A stretch of DNA of 64,000 nucleotides from the IMG/VR virus record IMGVR_UViG_3300032299_001015, positions 1 through 64,000 of that record; one strand, 5' to 3'. Origin of the DNA: a virus. The notes under the pieces are model-generated. The model saw only the letters and a program-made list of their open reading frames with translations, searched no databases and was not told the DNA's origin. The position numbers and the translations under genes are program-made. Below, one piece after another: positions 1-8,331 of the stretch (the first letter of the stretch is position 1; every line of letters starts with the position of its first letter).

Positions 1-392
1 ATTTCATAAGAAAGTATCTTACATCCAAGACCGCCGTCTTCTTTTTCATAATGCAAAGAACAGTTGCCACACATGACCCCAATTGACGCATCTTTATTTT
101 GGGCTGGAGGCTCATATCCAATCCAAATTCCTGTGCTTTCGTTATCTAAAGGTCCATACTTTTCTGCTAAAGCAACTAAAGAATCATGAAACTCTTTTTC
201 TGGTTCAGATAACTGTTCGTATAAATCTTCCATTTTATTTATTTTTTTAGACTGTGCTTCTGCTGCATACAAGGCACGTTGCTGCTGAATAGCGGCATTA
301 CGAGAGGGGTGTGTGCCATGCACTCGCCCACTTGGACTTACAACAGAATATCCAGATTTACCACGGTAGTTTTGTCTAATATCATATGGCAT
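1..392 (-). CDS. Hypothetical two-domain protein, truncated at window edge; C-terminal CxxC..C region reminiscent of HiPIP-like Cys motif
   Basis: Not in ORF track. Hand translation from ATG 392 (GGGAGG RBS, TATAAT at 422-427): MPYDIRQNYRGKSGYSVV...RALYAAEAQSKKINKMEDLYEQ...CGNCSLHYEKEDGGLGCKILSYE, open to position 1. Confidence 0.75.
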   Translation of the reverse strand, partial: MPYDIRQNYRGKSGYSVVSPSGRVHGTHPSRNAAIQQQRALYAAEAQSKKINKMEDLYEQLSEPEKEFHDSLVALAEKYGPLDNESTGIWIGYEPPAQNKDASIGVMCGNCSLHYEKEDGGLGCKILSYE

Positions 393-422
393 GATCAGCC
401 TCCCAAGCATTTATTAAGTCTA

Positions 423-1580
423 TTATACCTTAAGCAATGAAAATTTACTATTCTTTTCAGCCTGAGCCTTCATATGAATTAGTTCTATCGCCTCTGACCA
501 TTGATATTTAACAGTAAAAATATTAAACTTTTCAGCCACTACCTTGAAGTTCTTCTGTCTTTCTGCATTACGGACTTCTGGGTCTAGTAGTTGTTTAAAA
601 TGTTTAAGCCAATCTTTAGAATTCTTAGCAATTCTTCCAGCACCCGATTCTGCTAGATCACAATACTCTTGTGTATCTGATGCAATAAAAGGAATTCCTG
701 ATAGAGCATACTCTAATCCTTTAAGATTACTTTTAGCCTCATTAAATTGATTGGGGTTTAAAGGGACAATGCCTATATCTATTGGCATAAAAACATTTCC
801 ATAGTATTGTGGACGGGCTCCAGTATATCCGCTGACCCTATCTTCATCAATATTGAGTGCTTCAGCAATCCACTTTGGTCTGTCTAACATGACGCCTGTA
901 TGATGGAATTTGAGATTATTCTGTTCAACAAAAGTTTTTACTGGCCCAGATACATGCTTGAGATCATCATATCTCCACATCATAATACCTACCCAGCCAA
1001 CAGTAGGTTTATTTCCAGACATATCTATTCTGTACATAAAAGTGCTTGGATCTAAAGAATTCTTAACTCTATAAACAGTATCGTTATATTGAAGCATTCT
1101 TTGTTCAAGAAACTTAGTGCTAGCAATGATTCCATCTGCCGCTGAGTATGTTGAGATTAAATGACTTCTATTGTTATCAGGATTCTTTACTGGGTCTGTA
1201 GTAATAAATGCTAGATTATCTTCTGGCAACTGCTCAAAATGATCATCGGTATCAATAATTACTGTTTGTCCTAGTTTCCTGGCTTCTTCGATATATTTAA
1301 CAGCATCTTTATGCATAAATAATTTGAGAATAACAACATCTAATTTGTCAAAGCACCAGTCATACTCTTTAATTATCCCTCTGTAGCCAGCCTTTAATCT
1401 TTCATATGGCTTTACTGCTACAAAGCCTTCACCATCTTTCCAGCCAATTTCCCCAACCATTACCTGATGACCAATTTGATTTAAACTATGTGCAGGAATC
1501 ATCATTCTAACATTAGTACATCCACCAGGCTGACTCTCAATGTGGTCGCCCCAGTCAGTAGACAGAAAGCCAATACGCAT
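423..1580 (-). CDS. Glycosyltransferase, GT-B fold (GT4-like)
   Basis: IIDTDD, DIGIVPLNPNQFNEAKSNLKGLEYALSGIPFIASD typical of phage GT4-like enzymes; GGAG RBS. Confidence 0.85.
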   Translation of the reverse strand: MRIGFLSTDWGDHIESQPGGCTNVRMMIPAHSLNQIGHQVMVGEIGWKDGEGFVAVKPYERLKAGYRGIIKEYDWCFDKLDVVILKLFMHKDAVKYIEEARKLGQTVIIDTDDHFEQLPEDNLAFITTDPVKNPDNNRSHLISTYSAADGIIASTKFLEQRMLQYNDTVYRVKNSLDPSTFMYRIDMSGNKPTVGWVGIMMWRYDDLKHVSGPVKTFVEQNNLKFHHTGVMLDRPKWIAEALNIDEDRVSGYTGARPQYYGNVFMPIDIGIVPLNPNQFNEAKSNLKGLEYALSGIPFIASDTQEYCDLAESGAGRIAKNSKDWLKHFKQLLDPEVRNAERQKNFKVVAEKFNIFTVKYQWSEAIELIHMKAQAEKNSKFSLLKV

Positions 1581-1600
1581 TTATTCTCCATTAGTTGTGA

Positions 1601-1647
1601 TGTGGCGGGGGTGTTGCCGCACATTTTATTGTGTTTCCCCCGCCACA
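1601..1647 (-). terminator. GC-rich hairpin downstream of lysozyme-fold gene (terminator or regulatory structure)
   Basis: tgtggcggggg (1601-1611) pairs with cccccgccaca (1637-1647); no clear U tract. Confidence 0.5.
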
Positions 1648-1663
1648 CCGACTATCTATAAAA

Positions 1664-2284
1664 TTATACCTTTTTTGGCGTACATTTACCAGGAAACAGC
1701 GACCATCCAGTATTGAACGGTGCAATCACCCATGAATATGTCAGGCTAGATCCCCATAGGGAATAATACATTCCTGCATTCTCATACCATGAGTCATTCT
1801 TAAACGAGTAACCGTATCCCCAGTTATGCATTCCATCATTAAGGAAATGCTTTCGAACTATTTCTGATTGCGTTTCTTTATCTAGCATATTATCTCTAGA
1901 CCACCAGGATCTTCCTGACCAGGCACTTGTTTGAATTTGCCAAGTACCTAGGGCTCCAGTAAAATATCTACTAGATTCATCTAGTGATTCATGCTTAGAT
2001 TCGCGCCAGGTAATTGCCCAGGCTCCTCTTAGCATTCCAGGTCTATTAAAACCTGCTTTAAACAGAATCTTTGCCTGCTTATCATTACACTTAGAAGGCA
2101 GGGTCCAGTTTCTATCTGTTACTGCCTTTCTTTCTAATGCGTCAGCGGTGGCAAAGTTTCCCGTACCTTCCGCCAAGGGCGCAGACTTAGCATACGCCAT
2201 GCTTGGTGCAGCAATAAAAGTAATTGCCAAAACTGCGGCGGCAATCCAATCTACTGCCAAACCAATTTGGTTTTTTGTCGTCAT
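1664..2284 (-). CDS. Secreted lysozyme-fold / lytic transglycosylase-like protein
   Basis: Hydrophobic signal peptide ending AYA; AITWRES (catalytic Glu) and GTWQI motifs; start moved to ATG 2284 after AAGGAGG. Confidence 0.7.
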   Translation of the reverse strand: MTTKNQIGLAVDWIAAAVLAITFIAAPSMAYAKSAPLAEGTGNFATADALERKAVTDRNWTLPSKCNDKQAKILFKAGFNRPGMLRGAWAITWRESKHESLDESSRYFTGALGTWQIQTSAWSGRSWWSRDNMLDKETQSEIVRKHFLNDGMHNWGYGYSFKNDSWYENAGMYYSLWGSSLTYSWVIAPFNTGWSLFPGKCTPKKV

Positions 2285-2435
2285 ATTGACCTCCTTGGGC
2301 GGCAACATCTATTTATTCTACAGCATAAGAATAATTACCAGTTAATTATTTCTAGCATGTTATTGTACATATTAATATGTGGCTTTAATGCATAACCGTT
2401 ATCAGTTTTTACTAAACAGTAAAAAGTAAAGTATG

Positions 2436-2669
2436 TCATTCTAAAATCATTAACGATAAAGATTCATAGGCTGCTAAAGCCTCATTACAAATAAATGCAG
2501 ACCTAATATCATTGTTTTCATTTAATGAAACTAAGATATGACTTTTTTCTTCTTCTTTTATCTCTTGAAGAATACTAATAAAAGAATCTAATACTTGTTC
2601 TACAACTAAATCATCTAGTTGTACATCCTCTTTTATTTTATTTAAAAAGTGTTTTCTATTAATATTCAT
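2436..2669 (-). CDS. Hypothetical protein
   Basis: 77-aa ORF with AAGGA RBS. Confidence 0.6.
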   Translation of the reverse strand: MNINRKHFLNKIKEDVQLDDLVVEQVLDSFISILQEIKEEEKSHILVSLNENNDIRSAFICNEALAAYESLSLMILE

Positions 2670-2695
2670 TTTTATCCTTTATCACATAATGACTT

Positions 2696-2728
2696 GCCCA
2701 CGATACCAATAATACAGTAATCGTGGGC
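2696..2728 (-). terminator. Hairpin after the 52-aa gene
   Basis: gcccacgat / atcgtgggc inverted repeat. Confidence 0.5.
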
Positions 2729-2741
2729 GGTGTGTCAATGA

Positions 2742-2900
2742 TTATGACTGTCGGGAAAAGATAGCATCAATTTCTGCTACATGGGACGGGCCAAATCGTG
2801 CGGCCTCATGCCTTGCTCTTTCCCATTCACTCTGAAGTTTATAGTTGCTTGTGGCATCTGTTCTAAATACTTCTGAGAAAAAATGTACAAACGCTCTCAT
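2742..2900 (-). CDS. Small 52-aa protein
   Basis: MRAFVHFFSEVFRTDATSNYKLQSEWERARHEAARFGPSHVAEIDAIFSRQS; AAGGAGG RBS, own promoter and downstream hairpin; below ORF-track cutoff. Confidence 0.8.
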   Translation of the reverse strand: MRAFVHFFSEVFRTDATSNYKLQSEWERARHEAARFGPSHVAEIDAIFSRQS

Positions 2901-2928
2901 AATATCCTCCTTGTGGGTTGATACTTTA

Positions 2929-2988
2929 ATCTTATCAGGCTAACTCTAAGAGGTCAAATTTAAAACGCTCTTTGTGACCAGGATCACT
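2929..2988 (-). promoter_or_regulatory. Sigma70-type promoter with upstream CRP-like palindrome
   Basis: Minus strand TTGACC-17 nt-TAAGAT with extended TG; tgtga-N6-tcact at 2973-2988. Confidence 0.6.
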
Positions 2989-3151
2989 CATCATAGTCCC
3001 ATCGAATAATCATCATTGCATATCTTAACCCCTGTCTAAACCACTCTGCCTCTGAAGAATAATCTTCTGCAAAAGGAGTTTCGATACATTCTTCTATTTG
3101 ATCTGAGAATCTATCTCGCCAATATTTTTGGCATTCATCATCGCTATGCAT
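2984..3151 (-). CDS. Small hypothetical protein (55 aa)
   Basis: Hand translation MHSDDECQKYWRDRFSDQ...IIRWDYDE; fills gap after tRNA-Asn. Confidence 0.55.
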   Translation of the reverse strand: MHSDDECQKYWRDRFSDQIEECIETPFAEDYSSEAEWFRQGLRYAMMIIRWDYDE

Positions 3152-3158
3152 TTCCACG

Positions 3159-3230
3159 CTGGCATGGTACGATTCGAACGTACAACCTTCCCGTTAACAG
3201 CGGGATACTCTGCCGTTGAGTTACATGCCA
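3159..3230 (-). tRNA. tRNA-Asn (GTT)
   Basis: Acceptor TGGCATG/CATGCCA, anticodon arm CCCG-CTGTTAA-CGGG, T loop GTTCGAATC; no encoded CCA. Confidence 0.93.
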
Positions 3231-3235
3231 TTAAA

Positions 3236-3646
3236 TTAATCGATAGTTTTATATCCAGATTGATTTCTTGAATATGTTCTTATTCTGTGGCAGTTAGCGC
3301 AAACTACATCACATTTTTCTAATTCTAAAATAGCCTTTTCCCAAGAATATCTTCTTAATATTTGAGTTGGACTATCTACTTTAGTATACCCTGGCTTGTG
3401 ATCAAAATCTAGCATCCAATGAGGATATTTTTCTCCGCAGTCAATGCATCCAATGACTTCCTTATATTCCCATAATTTTCTTGTTAATATAGTTCTACTA
3501 CGAGTAGAACGATTTCTAGTTTTTTCCTTTTGACCGTTTCCAAGATGATATGCTATTGTTCCCTTAGAGCAGCCAAGAATTTTTTGTATCTCACGATATG
3601 ATTTTCCCTGAGATTTTAATTCAATAATTTTTTCTTTATGCTTCAT
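3236..3646 (-). CDS. HTH + HNH endonuclease
   Basis: N-terminal KSYREIQKILGCSKGTIAYHL HTH; CIDC..LDFDH..CANCHRIRT. Confidence 0.85.
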   Translation of the reverse strand: MKHKEKIIELKSQGKSYREIQKILGCSKGTIAYHLGNGQKEKTRNRSTRSRTILTRKLWEYKEVIGCIDCGEKYPHWMLDFDHKPGYTKVDSPTQILRRYSWEKAILELEKCDVVCANCHRIRTYSRNQSGYKTID

Positions 3647-3678
3647 GGTTCGATTATATCATACAATTCGAACAATCG

Positions 3679-3750
3679 CTCCCAATCAAGGGTTCAAACC
3701 TCGTCCTCCAGATCCAAAGTCTAGCGTGCTGTCGATTACACCAATCGGGA
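3679..3750 (-). tRNA. tRNA-Gln (TTG), non-canonical D/T loops
   Basis: Acceptor TCCCGAT/ATTGGGA, anticodon arm CTAGA-CTTTGGA-TCTGG, T loop TTTGAAC. Confidence 0.85.
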
Positions 3751-3753
3751 AAA

Positions 3754-3860
3754 GACCGATGTGCCAGCGGGTAACTACACCATCCCAAGGTTTTCTGCAC
3801 GTTTGACTAACTTCATGCTGGTATCAACCGCGTAACTCGGCATTGCTGGCACATCGGAGT
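3754..3860 (-). ncRNA. Candidate structured ncRNA (~105 nt), family unknown
   Basis: Perfect 13-bp terminal stem ccgatgtgccagc (3756-3768)/gctggcacatcgg (3845-3857) enclosing short hairpins; fills intergenic gap directly 5' of tRNA-Gln. Confidence 0.55.
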
Positions 3861-4220
3861 CTATTTAGTTATATCGAAAGGACTGCCTTCCCACATTTTT
3901 TTCATCCTATTAACGATTGCTCTCGACCAGGAATATCCTGCGTCACCGCCCCAGGCATCCCACATTATCTTTCCATTCGATGGATAGCCTTCTTCACCAG
4001 GAGAGAATCCCTTTCCCTGCTTATCTACTTCATGTCTAGAGAAGTAAGAATACATTCTCTTAACTGTGTCTAATGAAAGGGATTCTTTTCTTGCCAGTTG
4101 TCCCGCTCGCGTCCATCCAACAGATGTTCCTGCGCCTTTAGCCTTTCCTTCTTCTTTCCACTTCAATGCTCGTTTCGCATTTGATGACATAGCATCAGTG
4201 GGTTTGTATGTTTCAGCCAT
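3861..4220 (-). CDS. Conserved phage protein (WGGDAG domain, often head-associated)
   Basis: RAGQLA..SLDTVKRMYSYFSRH..WDAWGGDAG; function unknown. Confidence 0.7.
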   Translation of the reverse strand: MAETYKPTDAMSSNAKRALKWKEEGKAKGAGTSVGWTRAGQLARKESLSLDTVKRMYSYFSRHEVDKQGKGFSPGEEGYPSNGKIMWDAWGGDAGYSWSRAIVNRMKKMWEGSPFDITK

Positions 4221-4344
4221 TTATTTTTCTCCACATCCAAAAACTAATATAATATGCATGGAAGTGTTTATGGCAAACTTCGGCTTTGAAGTTATCTCTT
4301 TCTCCCTGCCATTCTGCTGGGCTACCACAAAATTTACATTCCAT
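4213..4344 (-). CDS. Small Zn-finger-like protein (43 aa)
   Basis: MECKFCGSPAEW...VCHKH; overlaps next start; below ORF-track cutoff. Confidence 0.6.
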   Translation of the reverse strand: MECKFCGSPAEWQGERDNFKAEVCHKHFHAYYISFWMWRKING

Positions 4345-4350
4345 AACAAA

Positions 4351-4893
4351 TTATAGCATTCCAAGTTTTGTCGCATAATCATACATCATAATTCCACTTG
4401 CGACACTAACATTTAGACTACGAACACTTCCAAGTTGTGGAATCATAACAACATCGTCTGCCATTCCAAGACCCATGGGGCTTACGCCCCTTGCTTCTTC
4501 ACCAAAAATCATAAAGGTATTCGGACTCCACTCGTATTGAGTAATTGGAATAGCCCCAGGAACATTATCCACTGCCACCCACTTCATGTCTCTGATATGA
4601 GGCTCATTAAGATAAATATGATCTAGTGATGGAGCGTATTTAAGATGAACATAGTTTTGAGTTCCCACTGCTCCACGCCTATCCCATCTTTTATTACCAA
4701 TGATCCATGACTCTTTTGCTAGAAAAGCGTTACTGTTACGAATTCCAGATGCTTTATTAAAGTCACCAGAAATATTTTCAAAGCCTACAACAAATGGAAG
4801 TCGGCGGCTATCAAGATCTGCTTTAATTTGATCATTCTCCCACTCCTTGTAGTAGTCAATAACGTTTCTAGTATCCTTTCCAATCTCCACCAT
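4351..4893 (-). CDS. SpoU/TrmH-family RNA 2'-O-methyltransferase
   Basis: SPOUT motifs IFGEEARG and IPQLGSVRSLNVSVA. Confidence 0.9.
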   Translation of the reverse strand: MVEIGKDTRNVIDYYKEWENDQIKADLDSRRLPFVVGFENISGDFNKASGIRNSNAFLAKESWIIGNKRWDRRGAVGTQNYVHLKYAPSLDHIYLNEPHIRDMKWVAVDNVPGAIPITQYEWSPNTFMIFGEEARGVSPMGLGMADDVVMIPQLGSVRSLNVSVASGIMMYDYATKLGML

Positions 4894-5218
4894 GATACGC
4901 TCCTGTACTGTAAATGAGATACATCATTGATTTTTCATCTTCTGTAAGGTTATCCGACTGCACCCATTCTTCAGATTTATTTGTAAGATAGATGTATGCT
5001 TCTCCGTCTTCATCCATCTTTAAATCTAGAAATCCTTTAAACCATAATGAATTCATAATGTCTGAATCCATTTCCCTCATGTACTCAACTACTTCCGCCT
5101 GTTCTTCATAAAAGAGTGGAGTAATCTTATACAGCGGATCACCTACAGGGTTATATCCTACCACCTTGATGTAACCTTTATCAAGCAATATTTTTATCAG
5201 GTCTTCGCTCATGTCCAT
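4868..5218 (-). CDS. Hypothetical protein
   Basis: 116-aa ORF abutting terminase. Confidence 0.7.
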   Translation of the reverse strand: MDMSEDLIKILLDKGYIKVVGYNPVGDPLYKITPLFYEEQAEVVEYMREMDSDIMNSLWFKGFLDLKMDEDGEAYIYLTNKSEEWVQSDNLTEDEKSMMYLIYSTGAYHGGDWKGY

Positions 5219-5219
5219 A

Positions 5220-6995
5220 CTAGATCATCCCTATTGATTGAATATAATCATCTATATTATTAGATGATGGAGGAGGAGTGATAACATTTTTCTCCGCCTC
5301 TTCCCTCCGCTGGTCTCTAATAAATTGCTTGTATGTATGCACTTCTATCTCTATTTCTTCCGACTCTTTTCTAGTATTTGAAATAGTGTTATAGATAGAT
5401 CCACATACGGCATCAGAGAGATCCTTTGATCCTTTTCTTGGGTGGTCAACCTTATCTCTAATTATTCTTAGTTGCAGCAATTCATCTGTTAGAAGTTTAA
5501 TGTCTGGACCTATAATTCTTTCCTCTCCTACTAACATAGCCATATCATCGTAATGCTTCTTGGCTACAGAAAGTGTTTCTGTTTCTATTCCAGCCATTCT
5601 AAGTTCTGCCATAATGTCATGAGAGTTCCACCTATCAAAGGTCACCTTTTTAATATTGAATCCCCTAGATCTAAGATCTATAATAAATTGTTTTACCTCT
5701 GAAAAATCTACAGATTTATCAGCGGTGGGAGTCCACCATCTTACACAATCTACTACAACTATTGGACTTACAACTCTGTGACTCATAAATGATTTAATCT
5801 GAACCCACCTGTCAACATGGGACATGGCTACAGCACAATGATCATGTTTCTGGGCAAGATCAACGTGTATGTAATATTCTTTACCATCCTGTGGAATAAA
5901 CCAATCTTTAAATCTTCCATCCTCGTCTACACCATTCATTGGTTGATTAAAGCACGCCAGAATCTTTTCTTTTGATTTAAAGAATGCATCTACTGCATCT
6001 GGAGGCATACAGGCAAATCTTCCAAGAGCGTCGATTGGATTGTTATAGAAGGCAATTTTAAAATCATTGATAGATCTAGTTGGATTAACTTCCCAGGTAG
6101 GTCTCTTTAATGCAAATACTTTAGGGTACTTATAAGCATTAATTTGATCCTCTTCCCACTCAACAGTGAATTCGTTCCCTGGCATATTCTCTAGTTCTTC
6201 ATCTAGTTTAAATGTATGAGATCTAATGATGACTTCTTTGTCCGCCACGACTGCATCATATCTTTGCTGGATAAAGTCATTCTTATATCGGGGGAAAGAT
6301 AGTAGGACTACCTTACCAAAATCTGGGAATCGTGAATCTACAGAGGCTCTATACATATCATAGATCGCCTGCCCAGTTTTAGACTGTTCGTTGCCACTTG
6401 TAGAAATAGTGCTGAAGCCAGAAATCTCGTCAAGGATCACACAGATAACGTTGTAACCTTCCCATGACTCTCTCTCTGAGTGACCAGAGTGACATGTAAT
6501 GGATTTATCGAACGATACGCTTTGCGCTGTAATGCTGTACTTGCCAGTAAACCACGGAGAATCTTCAACTCTTTTTCTAAAGCCCTTAAAGAATACGTTC
6601 TTTGCTTGTTCAGAGTTGATAGCAATATTAATAATGTCAATAGAGTCACCTGGGGGCTTGCCAAAATATTTGGCTGGATCTTTTAAGCATAGAAGCAAAT
6701 ATACAAGATAGGTTACTGAGATTGTAGAAAGATAATCTTTACCCGACCCTTTTCCTAATTGCAAAATTACTTCATTACAAGTTTGACGGGATCTTTTAAG
6801 ACCCTCTTCTTCTCCATATAACTTAGTCAGAGTTTCTTTTTTGTAGATTTGAGTCATGGCTCTAATCGATTGATATTGATATGAAGATAGGGGTGGAAGG
6901 TGTAGATAATCTTCATTGGTAACAAACTCTTCAACTGTTACGGGGCGTTCTTCAAACTCATCATCCTCCAACGCCGATATAAAATCATCAAACAT
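5220..6995 (-). CDS. terL: Terminase large subunit
   Basis: Walker A GKGSGKD, Walker B VILDE, nuclease HVDLA and DHPRKGSKDLSDA. Confidence 0.92.
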   Translation of the reverse strand: MFDDFISALEDDEFEERPVTVEEFVTNEDYLHLPPLSSYQYQSIRAMTQIYKKETLTKLYGEEEGLKRSRQTCNEVILQLGKGSGKDYLSTISVTYLVYLLLCLKDPAKYFGKPPGDSIDIINIAINSEQAKNVFFKGFRKRVEDSPWFTGKYSITAQSVSFDKSITCHSGHSERESWEGYNVICVILDEISGFSTISTSGNEQSKTGQAIYDMYRASVDSRFPDFGKVVLLSFPRYKNDFIQQRYDAVVADKEVIIRSHTFKLDEELENMPGNEFTVEWEEDQINAYKYPKVFALKRPTWEVNPTRSINDFKIAFYNNPIDALGRFACMPPDAVDAFFKSKEKILACFNQPMNGVDEDGRFKDWFIPQDGKEYYIHVDLAQKHDHCAVAMSHVDRWVQIKSFMSHRVVSPIVVVDCVRWWTPTADKSVDFSEVKQFIIDLRSRGFNIKKVTFDRWNSHDIMAELRMAGIETETLSVAKKHYDDMAMLVGEERIIGPDIKLLTDELLQLRIIRDKVDHPRKGSKDLSDAVCGSIYNTISNTRKESEEIEIEVHTYKQFIRDQRREEAEKNVITPPPSSNNIDDYIQSIGMI

Positions 6996-7513
6996 TAGAA
7001 GCCTTCAGCCTTGCCCGTAACTTCTTCTAGACGCCTAAATACTTCTCTCTTGCAATTATCGCATCCCGCCACAACTTCTTTAAGAATTTTTACAAGAATC
7101 TCCTGTTTGCGCTCAGTCTCAATAATCTGCTGGGCTATTTCACTATCCTCAATTAGTCCAGCCTTCTGAAGCATATCTATTTGTTTTTGCTGGATATCTG
7201 CCACAATTTTAATACCAGCAGTTTTTTTACCCAGATCTCCAATTGTTCCCGCCTGACTAATAACATCCCATCCCTCTTCAATAAGCATTGAATAATGCCT
7301 ATCGGCACCAGATAGCGCCTCTCTTGCTCGCATCTGAATTTGCCTGTCACTTTGAATAACTGAACGCCACTCATCAAGGTACTCCTGTACCTCTGCTCTT
7401 TTAAAGCCTGTAAGTTTTGCAATAGTAGTTGGGTTAGTAGTTCCTTTTAGGAATAAATCTACAACTTTGTTTATTTTCTCCCAGCGTTCAGCGAGGACTA
7501 TTTCAGTTGACAT
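6995..7513 (-). CDS. Probable terminase small subunit (HTH)
   Basis: N-terminal HTH, helical, overlaps terL start. Confidence 0.55.
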   Translation of the reverse strand: MSTEIVLAERWEKINKVVDLFLKGTTNPTTIAKLTGFKRAEVQEYLDEWRSVIQSDRQIQMRAREALSGADRHYSMLIEEGWDVISQAGTIGDLGKKTAGIKIVADIQQKQIDMLQKAGLIEDSEIAQQIIETERKQEILVKILKEVVAGCDNCKREVFRRLEEVTGKAEGF

Positions 7514-7805
7514 TCATCTTCTTTCTAATACTTTTCTTTGCGTGGACCACTCCCTTTAACCGATCCACATAGAAGGAACGGTATTCCCCCGTACTAGGAG
7601 AGTAACAATCTATCCATGTAACGTCCTTTTTGATGTTATGAGCAAGTCTAATAAATCTAAAAGATCCACGAACATCCTTAAATTTAAGCGAGTCTCCTGG
7701 CTTAATGACAGTCCTTCCAAACTTCAGTTCATAGAATACTGATATATCTGGGTTTACTTTATAGGATGGGGTCTCATCGGAATCGCTAACCCTTTTTTTA
7801 GACAT
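7503..7805 (-). CDS. Hypothetical protein
   Basis: 100-aa ORF, AAGGAG RBS. Confidence 0.7.
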   Translation of the reverse strand: MSKKRVSDSDETPSYKVNPDISVFYELKFGRTVIKPGDSLKFKDVRGSFRFIRLAHNIKKDVTWIDCYSPSTGEYRSFYVDRLKGVVHAKKSIRKKMNVN

Positions 7806-7816
7806 GACTCTCCTTG

Positions 7817-7993
7817 TTAGGTGGCAAATCCACTTCCGCCACGGGTTGGAGCCCAGACCATTCCTGGTGAATCAATGTTTCTTAATAATCTCAGGCCACA
7901 GTCAGGGCAGATAGCATTGTCTCTATTCTCCATTTTCATTAACATCTCATGCGACTTATCACAATCAATGCATGTAAAGGTATAAAGCGGCAT
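7817..7993 (-). CDS. FmdB-like zinc-ribbon protein
   Basis: MPLYTFTCIDC...CPDCG. Confidence 0.8.
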   Translation of the reverse strand: MPLYTFTCIDCDKSHEMLMKMENRDNAICPDCGLRLLRNIDSPGMVWAPTRGGSGFAT

Positions 7994-8331
7994 TACTTCC
8001 ATGTCTCCTTCATTGCAATACTCAATAGTACCAGATAACCCATAAGATCGTCAAGATCATTTTCTTTAAACGTGTTGTCACCATCCATAAATCTAGATAG
8101 TTTATCATCTATGCGAACTTTTAACTGTTCAGTTGTATCCGACCGCGAGAATATTCTTACTGGATTAAGTGCTGAATTACCATATGATCGATTCTTTTCT
8201 ATTAACAGAGCAGTAACCCTATGGCATTCTTCTTGAATCGCCATCTCAACGTTGTTGCGAGGGATTAATTTACCCAATGATTTTACATTTTCAGTCTTAG
8301 TGTACATGTGCTGTAAATCTTGCTCAATCAT
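7993..8331 (-). CDS. DUF1599-like nucleotide-modification-associated protein
   Basis: KNRSYGNS..RIDDKLSR..DLMGYLVL all-alpha motif. Confidence 0.65.
   Translation of the reverse strand: MIEQDLQHMYTKTENVKSLGKLIPRNNVEMAIQEECHRVTALLIEKNRSYGNSALNPVRIFSRSDTTEQLKVRIDDKLSRFMDGDNTFKENDLDDLMGYLVLLSIAMKETWK

Noticed and set aside
2309-2435. c-di-AMP riboswitch upstream of the cell-wall hydrolase; 14-bp palindrome acatattaatatgt (2367-2380)
   Set aside because: The region is AT-rich with no riboswitch consensus; the palindrome is low-complexity and single-copy
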